DNA of 32,000 nucleotides from Betaproteobacteria bacterium (GCA_031429355.1 JANOZM010000022.1:5563-37562), one strand, 5' to 3'; counted from the first letter of the stretch, positions 1-8,753 are shown. Notes: generated by a model from the letters alone, not told the origin. Made by a program: numbers and translations.

Positions 1-2096
1 TTCGCATGACGCGTCTGCTGCGTCTGGTGCATGTATTCGATTTTCATACGGGCCATGTCTACGCCGGTTGGGCATTCACGCTTGCAGCCCTTACAACCTA
101 CGCATAGGTCCATCGCTTGTGCGACTGCGGGATTATTTAGGCCGCCATCGAGTTGTCCACTGAGGGCTAAACGTAAAGTGTTAGCTCGACCCCGCGTAGC
201 GTCTTTCTCATCGCGAGTAACCCGATAACTTGGACACATCGTACCGGCATCAAATTTACGGCAGTGACCGTTGTTATTACACATTTCAACTGCTTTTGAA
301 AATCCTTGGGCAGGGTCACCACCCGTGCCCGGTGCCGAAGTTTCTTCGGTAATAGGGTTGTTTTGCACGTTCCAACTTTGCCAATCAAGCGCTGGCTGCA
401 ACGGAATGATTTTATAACTAGGCGAGAATCGCATTAGGCTTTGATCGTCCATTTTTGGTGGATCAATCATTCGTTGCGGATTCAATAAATTACTAGGGTC
501 GAGGTACTGTTTAATTTGTGCAAAAGCGTCAGTAATTTGATCACCAAATTGCCAACGAATCCATTCGCCGCGGCACAGTCCATCGCCGTGCTCACCGCTA
601 TAGGCTCCTTTGAAACGGCGCACAAGCTCACTGGCTTCGTTGGCGATAGCGCGCATTTTTGTAGCCCCGTCTTGGCGCATATCTAAAATTGGTCGCACAT
701 GCAATGTACCGACCGAGGCGTGCGCATACCAAGTGCCTTTGCAACCGTGGCGCGCAAACACTTCGGTTAGGGCATCGGTGTATTCGGCCAAGTTGGCTAA
801 TGGGACAGCGCAGTCTTCAATGAAGCTTACTGGCTTACCATCACCTCGTAAGCTCATCATAATATTTAAACCGGCCTTGCGCACTTCCCACAAATTCTTT
901 TGCGGTGCATCGTCGGCCATCATTACGACTGAGTCGGGCAAACCTAGCGTACCCATTAAATCTTGCAAATCTTTGAGGCGTGGCAGCAGTTCGTTTTTAT
1001 TACGGCCACAAAATTCTACTAACAGTAAAGCAGCTGGATTGCCGTTGTTGATACGCGGCGCTAACGCGCTACGCACTGTTGGCGCGAAGGCCGGATTTCG
1101 TAGGCTAAGTTCAATCATAGTGCTATCAACTAGTTCGACAGCACTTAGCGAAGGTCCCCCCATGGCAACAATATGCTGGGCTGAGTCCATCGCTTGCCAA
1201 AACGTTGGGAAATTAATGACGCCCAACACTTTAGCTTGCGGCAGTTCACTTAATTGCAAATTCAGCTGCTCGGTAACCGCCAAAGTGCCTTCGCTTCCCA
1301 CCATCAAATGAGCCAAATTCACGCTACCGTCGCTGGTATACGGACGTTCACTTTGGTTACAAAAAACATCAAGGTTGTAGCCAGCCACGCGGCGCATTAC
1401 TTTCGGCCAATGCTGTTTTATTTCGGGCTCTAAGCGTTGCGCCAAAGAACGTATAAAAACCCCGAAAGCTCGCTCGCAGCCTTGCGCGCTAGCAAAGCTG
1501 CCAAGATCAAGTTTATTGCCATCGGCCAAGCGTACGCGTGCGCCTTGCACGTTGTGCACCATGTTGCCCCAAGCTAGCGACCGGCTCCCGCAACTATTGT
1601 TACCCGCCATGCCACCTAGGGTTGCCTGCGCGCTAGTGGAAACATCCACGGGATACCAAAGCCCGTGCGATTTTAATTGTGCATTTAAATGATCGAGCAC
1701 AATACCCGGCTGAACCACAACACTACGTTCGGCAACATTTAAATCAACCACTTTGCGCAGATACTTACTGGTGTCAATAACAAGACCCGCACCTACGGTT
1801 TGCCCACATTGACTAGTACCGCCACCACGCGCAGTGATTGGCACTTTTAAATCGCGGCAAATCGCTAAAGCTAACGCGATATCGGCTTCTACTTTAGGAA
1901 CAAAAACACCCGTTGGGACCACTTGGTAAATCGAAGCGTCGGTAGCGTAACGGGCTTTATCGCCGACACTAAACAATACTTCGCCTTGGGTTTCGCTGCG
2001 CAAGCGTTGCGCTAAACGGCCCGCTACTTCATTGTATTGGCGGCTAATGGTTTCGCGTAAAGCTGCCGATTCGGGCAACGATGTTTTAGCATTCAT
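1..2096 (-). CDS. FAD-binding oxidase fused to a 4Fe-4S domain (GlcD/GlpC-type, YdiJ-like oxidoreductase); C-terminal part lies outside the window
   Basis: Absent from the ORF track because it has no stop in the window. A reverse-strand ATG at 2094-2096 (GAGGGA upstream) opens a frame with no stop down to nt 3 (698 codons). My translation begins MNAKTSLPESAALRETISRQYNEVAGRLAQ...YATDASIYQVVPTGVFVPK...ITARGGGTSQCGQTVG, which is an FAD-binding PCMH/GlcD-type domain. At the window edge it reads ...LCVGCKGCKRECPTGVDMARMKIEY, a ferredoxin-type CxxCxxCxxxCP cluster motif. The + strand ORF 610..1311 is its antisense shadow. Confidence 0.85.
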   Translation of the reverse strand, partial: MNAKTSLPESAALRETISRQYNEVAGRLAQRLRSETQGEVLFSVGDKARYATDASIYQVVPTGVFVPKVEADIALALAICRDLKVPITARGGGTSQCGQTVGAGLVIDTSKYLRKVVDLNVAERSVVVQPGIVLDHLNAQLKSHGLWYPVDVSTSAQATLGGMAGNNSCGSRSLAWGNMVHNVQGARVRLADGNKLDLGSFASAQGCERAFGVFIRSLAQRLEPEIKQHWPKVMRRVAGYNLDVFCNQSERPYTSDGSVNLAHLMVGSEGTLAVTEQLNLQLSELPQAKVLGVINFPTFWQAMDSAQHIVAMGGPSLSAVELVDSTMIELSLRNPAFAPTVRSALAPRINNGNPAALLLVEFCGRNKNELLPRLKDLQDLMGTLGLPDSVVMMADDAPQKNLWEVRKAGLNIMMSLRGDGKPVSFIEDCAVPLANLAEYTDALTEVFARHGCKGTWYAHASVGTLHVRPILDMRQDGATKMRAIANEASELVRRFKGAYSGEHGDGLCRGEWIRWQFGDQITDAFAQIKQYLDPSNLLNPQRMIDPPKMDDQSLMRFSPSYKIIPLQPALDWQSWNVQNNPITEETSAPGTGGDPAQGFSKAVEMCNNNGHCRKFDAGTMCPSYRVTRDEKDATRGRANTLRLALSGQLDGGLNNPAVAQAMDLCVGCKGCKRECPTGVDMARMKIEYMHQTQQTRHA

Positions 2097-2119
2097 AGTA
2101 AAAAATTCCCTCTAACTTT

Positions 2120-2839
2120 TTAAATCGAGTTGGGTTCAGTGGGTATTGAAGCCAACACTGCATCGCGTTTGTTTTGTAAATGACGAACCAACACTGCCCG
2201 CAAGGCTTGGCCGTCACGCGCCGTTAATGCGGCAATCATTTCTTCATGTTCGTTCACGGCTTGTTGCCATTTTTCTTCGTTTTGATTTGATCGAAAACGC
2301 AGCGCTTGCAAACGCGCATTGACTTGATCGTAAGCGGCCGATAAAACGGAGTTACGCGCCGCAAGGTTAATGGCTTTGTGAATACGTGCGTTCAGACCGT
2401 AGTAGGCGGACAAATCACGCCGCGTCCACGCAGCCAACATTTCAAAATGCAAAGCCTTCACTTCATTTAACTCTTGCGCGGTCATGCGCTCAGCTGCCAA
2501 TTCGCCCGATAACGCTTCAAGCCCTGCAATCACTTCAAACGTGTTTTCGATATCGGCGTGAGAAAGCTGAACTGCGATAGCACCCCGATTAGCCAACAGC
2601 TCCACCAAACCTTCGGCCGCTAAACGCTTGATGGCTTCACGTAACGGCGTTCGCGAAACACCCAGAAGCTCACTGAGTTCACGTTCGTTTAATTTTGCGC
2701 CAGGCGCGATATGCCCTTCTACCAGCAGTTGCCGTAGACGCTGCGTTGCTTGCTCGTGCAGCGCAGCGCCTTCTCCAGCATCGGGTCGCAAAAATGGTAT
2801 GACGTTCGGGGCAGGTTCGGGCGTAGTGTTAAAACTCAT
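2120..2839 (-). CDS. GntR-family transcriptional regulator (FadR/FCD subfamily), 239 aa
   Basis: Track ORF 2120..3028, trimmed to the internal Met (cat at 2837-2839). The upstream 63 codons (MRGRGFARSG...CFYSCLAFC) are not protein-like and cover the divergent promoter. The winged-HTH segment reads LNERELSELLGVSRTPLREAIKRLAAEGLVEL. It is followed by an all-helical FCD-like C-terminal domain (...HEEMIAALTARDGQALRAVLVRHL). Confidence 0.9.
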   Translation of the reverse strand: MSFNTTPEPAPNVIPFLRPDAGEGAALHEQATQRLRQLLVEGHIAPGAKLNERELSELLGVSRTPLREAIKRLAAEGLVELLANRGAIAVQLSHADIENTFEVIAGLEALSGELAAERMTAQELNEVKALHFEMLAAWTRRDLSAYYGLNARIHKAINLAARNSVLSAAYDQVNARLQALRFRSNQNEEKWQQAVNEHEEMIAALTARDGQALRAVLVRHLQNKRDAVLASIPTEPNSI

Positions 2840-2845
2840 TAGCTT

Positions 2846-2859
2846 TTTTGTATGCAAAA
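2846..2859. promoter_or_regulatory. Candidate GntR operator, imperfect palindrome TTTTGTATGCAAAA
   Basis: Read directly. It is a near-copy of the perfect palindrome at 2931-2944 and lies 7 nt upstream of the gntR-like start codon. The GT-N2-(A/G)C core with A/T arms fits the generic GntR/FadR operator pattern. Confidence 0.45.
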
Positions 2860-2885
2860 ATGACGACATAGTCGTAAAACCGTAC

Positions 2886-2915
2886 TTTACAAGCACTAAT
2901 ACTGAAGCGTATATT
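2886..2915 (+). promoter_or_regulatory. Candidate sigma70 promoter for the aminotransferase/Bug operon
   Basis: TTTACA (2886-2891), 18-nt spacer, TATATT (2910-2915). The only evidence is sequence resemblance to the consensus. Confidence 0.3.
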
Positions 2916-2930
2916 GCCACGGACTTCTTT

Positions 2931-2944
2931 TTTTGTATACAAAA
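2931..2944. promoter_or_regulatory. Candidate GntR operator, perfect 14-bp palindrome TTTTGTATACAAAA
   Basis: Read directly and perfectly self-complementary. It lies between the candidate -10 box and the aminotransferase start, a roadblock position. Confidence 0.5.
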
Positions 2945-2973
2945 TGCCAAACACGAATAAAAACACAGCCCAA

Positions 2974-4200
2974 ATGTTGAACTTGCACCCGACAGGACGC
3001 CACTTCTTGCAAATCCCCGGCCCCTCACCTGTTCCGGACCGCATTTTGCGCACTATGAGCTTGCCCACGATTGATCACCGAGGACCAGAGTTTGGGCAGC
3101 TAGGTTTGAAGGTACTTGATGGCATTGCGCAAATTTTTCAAACCCAACAACCAGTCATTATTTACCCAGCATCAGGCACTGGTGCTTGGGAGGCGGCCTT
3201 AATCAACACCTTATCGGCAGGCGACCATGTACTTATGTTTGAGACGGGTCACTTCGCTTCATTGTGGAACAAAATGGCAACCCGTTTGGGCATCGTCACC
3301 GAAGTTTTGGCGGCTGCAGGTACTGAGACCGAAGGTATTTCAAAAGGTATTCCGCTTTGTTGGCGACATGGCATTGATGCCAACTTAATTGAAGAACGTT
3401 TACGCAAAGACACACAACATCAAATTAAAGCCGTGTGCGTCGTGCACAACGAAACATCGACCGGTGTTACCAGCGATATTGCAGCAGTTCGCAAAGCAAT
3501 TGATGCCGCAAAACACCCTGCGCTGCTGATGGTGGATACAATTTCTGGGCTGGCCAGTGCCGAGTATAAACACGACGCTTGGGGGGTTGATGTCACCATT
3601 AGTGGTTCGCAAAAAGGTTTGATGTTGCCACCTGGTATTAGCTTTAACGCAGTGTCTGCAAAAGCCATTGAAGCTAATAAAAATGCACGCTTGCCGAAGG
3701 CATTTTGGGCTTGGGACGAAATAATCGAAATGAATCGTACAGGGTATTGGCCCTACACACCCAACACGCATTTGCTGTATGCGCTTTCAGAAGCGTGTGA
3801 CATGCTGCTAGATCCAATGCATGGTGGTTTACAAGGAACCTTTGCAAGGCATCAACGTTGGGCGGCAGGTGTGCGAAGTGCTGTCAATGCGTGGGGCTTA
3901 CCGATTCAATGTGCAGACTCTACTGTGTATTCACCAGTCCTTACGGGCGTGATCACTCCGGCCGATGTGGACGCCGACGCGATTCGCCGTTTAATTCATG
4001 CGCGATTCGATTTATCGCTTGGCACAGGCTTGGGCAAAGTGAAGGGGCGTATGTTTCGAATCGGGCACTTAGGTGACTGTAACGATTTAACATTAATGGC
4101 CGCACTAAGCGGTTGTGAAATGGGACTAAAACTCTCTGGTGTAACGTTGGCAAGCTCGGGCGTGCAAGCGGCAATGGACTATTTCGCAAATAATAAATAA
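2974..4200 (+). CDS. Class-V pyridoxal-phosphate aminotransferase (serine-glyoxylate / serine-pyruvate aminotransferase family), 408 aa
   Basis: Track ORF 2914..4200. The N-terminus MLNLHPTGRHFLQIPGPSPVPDRILRTM...IDHRGPEF is the characteristic start of SGAT/AGXT-type enzymes. The SGSQKGLMLPPG segment contains the PLP-lysine motif (SxSQK). The start is ambiguous: ATG 2974 is preferred because ATG 2944 overlaps the operator palindrome and TTG 2914 lies in the promoter. None of the three has a clear SD. Confidence 0.88.
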   Translation: MLNLHPTGRHFLQIPGPSPVPDRILRTMSLPTIDHRGPEFGQLGLKVLDGIAQIFQTQQPVIIYPASGTGAWEAALINTLSAGDHVLMFETGHFASLWNKMATRLGIVTEVLAAAGTETEGISKGIPLCWRHGIDANLIEERLRKDTQHQIKAVCVVHNETSTGVTSDIAAVRKAIDAAKHPALLMVDTISGLASAEYKHDAWGVDVTISGSQKGLMLPPGISFNAVSAKAIEANKNARLPKAFWAWDEIIEMNRTGYWPYTPNTHLLYALSEACDMLLDPMHGGLQGTFARHQRWAAGVRSAVNAWGLPIQCADSTVYSPVLTGVITPADVDADAIRRLIHARFDLSLGTGLGKVKGRMFRIGHLGDCNDLTLMAALSGCEMGLKLSGVTLASSGVQAAMDYFANNK

Positions 4201-4211
4201 GGCAGACAGAC

Positions 4212-5222
4212 ATGAAACGTAGACAATTTTTAGCTGCAACCGGTAGCACCACAGCCGCTGTTTTAGGATCGCAGTTGATTGACAATCCGGTGCTGGCGCA
4301 AACACCCGCCGCGAGCAGTGCGTTGTTACCCAAGGGTCCCGTAAAAATTATTGTGGGCTTTCCACCCGGCGGTGGCACTGACGCATTAGCGCGCGTAGTT
4401 GGCGCAAAATTGCAAGCGATGTGGGGCATATCAATCATTATCGAAAATCGTGCAGGTGCAGCGGGCGTCATTGCGGCAGACTACGTTTCTAAGCAAGCAC
4501 CTGACGGCAACACTTTGTTGATGGCACACATTAACAGCCACGCATTAGGCCCAGCAATGGGCGCGAAACTAGGCTACGACGCAGAAAAAGATTTCATTCC
4601 TGTGTGCTTAGTTGGCGTAACGCCCAATGTTTTAGTGTGCAACGTAGACCAGCCCGCAAAGAACGTGAAAGATCTTGTCGATTTATGCAAAAAGAACCCT
4701 GGCAAAATTACCTTCGCTTCAGCAGGCACCGGTTCGGCCCAACACTTTGCCTTAGAGAAATTTAAAAACGACGCCAAGATTTTTGCGATTCACGTGCCCT
4801 ACCGTGGATCGGGCCCAGCCCTTACCGACTTGATCGGCGGTCAAGTAAATTATTGCTTCGAGACAATGACTTCCGCAACGCCACATATCAAAAGTGGCAA
4901 AGTCATCGCGCTTGCACAAACCAGATTAAAGCGCGCCAAAGGTCACCCTAATGTACCGACAATGGACGAGATGGGTTTTAAAGGTTTTGATGCAACCGTT
5001 TGGTACGGCCTAATGGGTCCAGGAAAAATGCCAAAAGCGATGGCGCAAAAAATGAACGACGACATTAACAAAGTTTTGCTGATGCCTGATGTGCAAGAAA
5101 AGATGGAACAGTTCGGTGCCGAAGATGGCGGGGGAAGCATCGAGAAGTTTGCAAATTTTATTAAAACCGAGCAAACGAAATGGGCCGTGGTTGCAAAGGC
5201 TCAGGGAATTAAGCCGGAATAA
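4212..5222 (+). CDS. Bug-family (TctC-like) tripartite tricarboxylate transporter periplasmic binding protein with a Tat-type signal peptide
   Basis: The N-terminus MKRRQFLAATGSTTAAVLGS...VLAQT has a twin-arginine RRxFL signal. The mature part PVKIIVGFPPGGGTDALARVVG...NRAGAAG...SAGTGSAQH is the typical Bug/TctC signature. No tctA/tctB membrane genes are adjacent, so this is an orphan receptor. Confidence 0.9.
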   Translation: MKRRQFLAATGSTTAAVLGSQLIDNPVLAQTPAASSALLPKGPVKIIVGFPPGGGTDALARVVGAKLQAMWGISIIIENRAGAAGVIAADYVSKQAPDGNTLLMAHINSHALGPAMGAKLGYDAEKDFIPVCLVGVTPNVLVCNVDQPAKNVKDLVDLCKKNPGKITFASAGTGSAQHFALEKFKNDAKIFAIHVPYRGSGPALTDLIGGQVNYCFETMTSATPHIKSGKVIALAQTRLKRAKGHPNVPTMDEMGFKGFDATVWYGLMGPGKMPKAMAQKMNDDINKVLLMPDVQEKMEQFGAEDGGGSIEKFANFIKTEQTKWAVVAKAQGIKPE

Positions 5223-5272
5223 ACCTCGATAACCGACGCTGGAAAATCAAAACAGCAAAGCAAAGGGACGTA

Positions 5273-5303
5273 AAAAAAGGCGCTATTTAATGCGCCTTTT
5301 TTA
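5273..5303. terminator. Bidirectional Rho-independent terminator
   Basis: A-run 5273-5279, stem GGCGC (5280-5284), loop TATTTAAT, stem GCGCC (5293-5297), T-run 5298-5303. It sits between the convergent genes ending at 5222 (+) and 5322 (-). Confidence 0.8.
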
Positions 5304-5321
5304 TGCAGAAAAAGTAGCTTT

Positions 5322-5837
5322 CTACTTTTTCTCTGGGGTTTTCGCAACAACCTTAGAAGCGGTGTCTTTGTCCTCTGTGGTCATTTCACTGCCCTTGCTT
5401 ACTTTGTCTGCAACATGTTCTTTGCGATCAAAAGTTAAGATTTTTCCAAGTGTAATTTGAATCCACTCTGGAAAGTTATAGGCTTTTCCGGTAGCTTGAT
5501 CCACTGCAGCGCCGATTACTCCACCTAGCAAAATATTTCCAAAAGTAGCGGCTCCAACTCGAGAAATCAATAGGCCTTTGCCCTCTGGTTGACCTTCTTT
5601 AGTGCAAGCAATCATTACGCTAGTTGAATCTTTTTTAAGGGGAATTACTGCTGGTGTTTTGAACTCGCTACGCAAGTCACCACGCAACATTTCACATTTG
5701 GCATCTTTGACTTCGACTCCAGCCATATCAACCGTTTCTACCCTCACTTGATTCTCATTGCTAGTGGTTAAGCTAGCACAACCACTAAATGCACCGACCG
5801 CAAGCATTGCACAACCGATACGAAAGAAACCAATCAT
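5322..5837 (-). CDS. Putative lipoprotein with a glycine-zipper segment, 171 aa, function unknown
   Basis: Track ORF 5322..5906, trimmed to Met-24 (cat at 5835-5837). MIGFFRIGCAMLAVGAFSGCAS is a signal peptide plus a lipobox-like FSGC. GNILLGGVIGAAVDQATG is a Gly-zipper-like motif. The C-terminal tail is lysine and acid rich. The start is uncertain; Met at 5873 is also possible. Confidence 0.6.
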   Translation of the reverse strand: MIGFFRIGCAMLAVGAFSGCASLTTSNENQVRVETVDMAGVEVKDAKCEMLRGDLRSEFKTPAVIPLKKDSTSVMIACTKEGQPEGKGLLISRVGAATFGNILLGGVIGAAVDQATGKAYNFPEWIQITLGKILTFDRKEHVADKVSKGSEMTTEDKDTASKVVAKTPEKK

Positions 5838-6013
5838 AAGAATACCTTTTTTTATTAAACGAACATTGACCATAGGCAAATGTGGATAGACGGTCAACAC
5901 GAACAATTGAAAGGCCTAATGAATGGTTGCATGAACCCGACAAACAGTTAACGGTAGAGTCCGTTCGTTGTTTTATGTTCCCATCAATTTTTGCAATATT
6001 TTCTGGGCTAAAC

Positions 6014-6955
6014 TCAAGCAACAAACCCAGAAACATCCGCTGACAAATCAGCATGTCCGCCCAAATGCTCGATCGCAAAATCTACAAACGCCCGCACCCG
6101 TGCGGGTAATTGTTTGCGACTTGGGTAATGAATAAATAGTTGCAATCCTTCAAACACTGAGTCGGGCAATATTTGTTTTAAACGGCCCTGCCGTAGCGCT
6201 TGCAGTGCTAAGGGTTGAGGTAATTGCGCAATACCAATACCTTCTATACAAGCATCGTTGAGGCTTCGAAAATCATTGCAGATAAATCGCCCTGGCATTT
6301 GTAGCAATTGGATATTGCGCGCGCCTTCACTACGATTTTGCACAATTAATGGCGAGGGCTGCTCTTTGCCTGTGATGTGCAGCAACAATATTTTGTGCTG
6401 CTGTAAATCATCTAAAGATTGCGGTATGCCGTGCCGCTCTAAATATTGCGGCGAAGCACACAAAAGCATTCGTAAAGGGCCAAGGGGTCGTGCTACAAAA
6501 GCAGCATCGTTTAGTGCCCCAACGCGAATACCTACATCAAACCCTTTTTTAATTAATGGGTCAGCTTCTTCGCTAAGCTCTAAATCAAGCTCAATGTTTG
6601 GATAGCGCTCGTAAAAACGGCTCAGTATTGGCAGCAAATACAAAGCACCCACCGGCGTTGCCACCGTTGCGCGAACGCGCCCGCTAGCTTCTTGTGCATT
6701 CGATGATATTTGCTTGCAAGCTTCATCTAACTCTTGCAACGGTCGCTTGCATTGTTCTAAGAACGCTTGGCCATCTGCAGTCAACTTTAGATGCCGTGTA
6801 CTACGAGCGAACAGGCGCACGCCCAACCGCGCTTCTAAGCGGCTAATGTTTTGGCTAACCGCAACTGGTGAAATACCTAGCTCGCGGCCTGCTTGGGCAA
6901 AACTTCCCAGCTCGGCTGTACGGGTGAAATTTAAGATGCCACGAAGAGTTTGCAT
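6014..6955 (-). CDS. LysR-family transcriptional regulator, 313 aa
   Basis: The N-terminal HTH reads MQTLRGILNFTRTAELGSFAQAGRELGISPVAVSQNISRLEARLGVRLFARSTRHLKLTADG. A LysR substrate-binding domain follows. It is divergent from the SRPBCC gene. Confidence 0.92.
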   Translation of the reverse strand: MQTLRGILNFTRTAELGSFAQAGRELGISPVAVSQNISRLEARLGVRLFARSTRHLKLTADGQAFLEQCKRPLQELDEACKQISSNAQEASGRVRATVATPVGALYLLPILSRFYERYPNIELDLELSEEADPLIKKGFDVGIRVGALNDAAFVARPLGPLRMLLCASPQYLERHGIPQSLDDLQQHKILLLHITGKEQPSPLIVQNRSEGARNIQLLQMPGRFICNDFRSLNDACIEGIGIAQLPQPLALQALRQGRLKQILPDSVFEGLQLFIHYPSRKQLPARVRAFVDFAIEHLGGHADLSADVSGFVA

Positions 6956-7291
6956 AACTTAAGGGTAATCAATTTAGGGTCTACGCTAGAGTATTACACA
7001 CTTTTTATTTGTAGTTTATTAAGTTTTAGGCCGATTGTTATTGGTAAAGAGAAGGCATAAAGTTTCATCATCGTAACGTTCAAAACCAAATGAAACACCA
7101 TGAAATATCTCTTACTGTGCCAAATCCAACCCGCCGCTTTTGCCGATATGCCCGAAGCTGAGGGAAACAAAATGAACAATTCGGATCGCTCGAAGTTCGA
7201 CAAGTCGCCTACGCGCCCATTTAGTATTCTCAAATCAACACCAATAAAACAGTATCAAGCTAAATCTAAAATTGAAAAGACAGGAACAATT

Positions 7292-7717
7292 ATGAACTTC
7301 GAAGCCAGCACTCAAATTAATGCCCCAATCGCCACCGTGTTCTCGTTGTATGCCGATGTACCGGGCTGGCCCACTTGGGACTCAGATGTAAAACAAGCAA
7401 CCCTTGACGGACCTTTCGTTAGCGGAGCACGCGGCGTAATTTTTCCCAACGGCGGCCCAAAATCCGAAATAGTTTTTACCGAGGTCGTGAAAAATAAAAA
7501 CTTTGTTGCTCAGTGCAAATTACCGTTGTGTGTCATGCGCTTCGAGCACGAATTAGTTGAAGGCCAAAGCGGAACGACATCGGCAACGCATCGCGTCATA
7601 TTTTCAGGATTGTTGGCCCCGGTTTTTGGTCGTCTAATTGGCTCGGGTATGCGTAAAACACTGCCTCACGCCTTGGCTGGATTAAAGCGAGCGGCCGAGA
7701 GCACTACTTCGAAATAG
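7292..7717 (+). CDS. SRPBCC-superfamily (polyketide cyclase/dehydrase-like, START/Bet v1 fold) protein, 141 aa
   Basis: Track ORF 7100..7717, trimmed to the ATG at 7292, which has AGGA at 7282-7285. MNFEASTQINAPIATVFSLYADVPGWPTWDSDV is the canonical SRPBCC N-terminus. The upstream 64 codons are low-complexity and not protein-like. Confidence 0.8.
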   Translation: MNFEASTQINAPIATVFSLYADVPGWPTWDSDVKQATLDGPFVSGARGVIFPNGGPKSEIVFTEVVKNKNFVAQCKLPLCVMRFEHELVEGQSGTTSATHRVIFSGLLAPVFGRLIGSGMRKTLPHALAGLKRAAESTTSK

Positions 7718-8318
7718 CCAAGCGAATGCCAAAACCAATCAGCAAAAGGCCCGAGAGCTTAGTTAAAAAACTAGTTGCTCTTGGGCTTTGCCGGATTTTT
7801 TCGGAGGCGAAGTAAGTAATTAGCGTACTGCACAGTCCGTACAAAAAAGTGAGCAAAGCAACCGTTAACGCCATCACGGCAAAAGTAACAAATCCACGGT
7901 GTTTGGCGGGATCTACAAATAACGGAAAAAACGCCATATAAAAAACGATTGCTTTGGGATTAAGTACTGTAATTAACAGCGATTGATTAAAAAAATGTGA
8001 CGGCCGCATTTTTAAAACGGGTGCATCGCCCGGTTTTGCGAGCAGCATTCGCAAGCCTAAATACGCTAAATACGCAGCGCCTAAATATTGGACCGCAAAA
8101 AAAGCTTTTGGATACGTTGCCAGCAACGCAGCAACACCTGCTACGGCCAACCATAGCAGCACTTGATCGCCCGCAATAACACCCATTGTTGCCGCCAGCC
8201 CACCGCGAATGCCGCCTTTGCTTGTCGACGTAATTAACGCCAAATTCCCTGGGCCAGGAATTAACAAAAACACAATAATCGCAACACAAAATGCACCATA
8301 GTCGGCAATACCAAACAT
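7704..8318 (-). CDS. LysE/RhtB-family amino-acid exporter, 204 aa
   Basis: Track ORF 7704..8339, trimmed to Met-8 (cat at 8316-8318), which is preceded by AAGGGGA. The IVFLLIPGPGNLALI motif (the PGP signature of LysE/RhtB) and about 6 hydrophobic segments support the call. The 3' end overlaps the SRPBCC gene by 14 nt (convergent). Confidence 0.88.
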   Translation of the reverse strand: MFGIADYGAFCVAIIVFLLIPGPGNLALITSTSKGGIRGGLAATMGVIAGDQVLLWLAVAGVAALLATYPKAFFAVQYLGAAYLAYLGLRMLLAKPGDAPVLKMRPSHFFNQSLLITVLNPKAIVFYMAFFPLFVDPAKHRGFVTFAVMALTVALLTFLYGLCSTLITYFASEKIRQSPRATSFLTKLSGLLLIGFGIRLAISK

Positions 8319-8402
8319 ATTCTTTCCCCTTCGGAACAATAGCTATTATCCTTCAAGCAGTAACCTTTCATTTAACAGCAGTAAATTTATTTAGGAGTTC
8401 TT

Positions 8403-8753
8403 ATGGGTTGGTTTAGCGGCAATAGCGACGAAATTATGGTCACCACTACCAGCGATTTTGGTTCAACAAAAACTATTTCACAATACTTTGGCGTGGTGAC
8501 TGGCGAAGCAATCATTGGCGCCAATATTTTTCGCGATATGTTTTCGTCAGTGCGCGATGTAGTGGGTGGCCGAGCTAGCGGGTACGAGCGCGCATTAGCT
8601 GGTGCTCGCGAAGACGCATTAAAAGATTTGAAAGACGCCGCACGCGAGATTGGTGCTAACGCAGTAGTTGGCGTTGATTTTGATTATGAAGTGCTTGGTG
8701 AAACTAATGGCATGATGATGGTAGCCGTTAGCGGCACTGCTGTGAAAATATAA
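8403..8753 (+). CDS. ybjQ: YbjQ-family (UPF0145) protein, 116 aa
   Basis: AGGAG lies at 8393-8397. The body [52 protein letters not shown]...[12 protein letters not shown]...[13 protein letters not shown] is nearly colinear with E. coli YbjQ as I recall it. Confidence 0.88.
   Translation: MGWFSGNSDEIMVTTTSDFGSTKTISQYFGVVTGEAIIGANIFRDMFSSVRDVVGGRASGYERALAGAREDALKDLKDAAREIGANAVVGVDFDYEVLGETNGMMMVAVSGTAVKI

Noticed and set aside
610-1311. 233-aa + strand ORF from the track
   Set aside because: It lies entirely antisense to the well-supported FAD/Fe-S oxidoreductase frame (1-2096, minus). The translation is Ser/Arg/Ala-rich, low-complexity and typical of a shadow ORF.
2840-3028. N-terminal extensions of track ORFs: GntR to 3028, SRPBCC from 7100, cupin to 17719, ALDH to 13646 and OMP from 30121
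   Set aside because: The extensions overlap neighbouring genes or promoters and translate to non-protein-like sequence. Internal starts restore normal family N-termini and stop/start coupling with neighbours.
3953-4471. 172-aa minus-strand ORF spanning the aminotransferase/Bug gene junction
   Set aside because: It is antisense to two strongly supported + strand genes. The composition is Pro/Ala/Arg-rich and not protein-like, with no SD.
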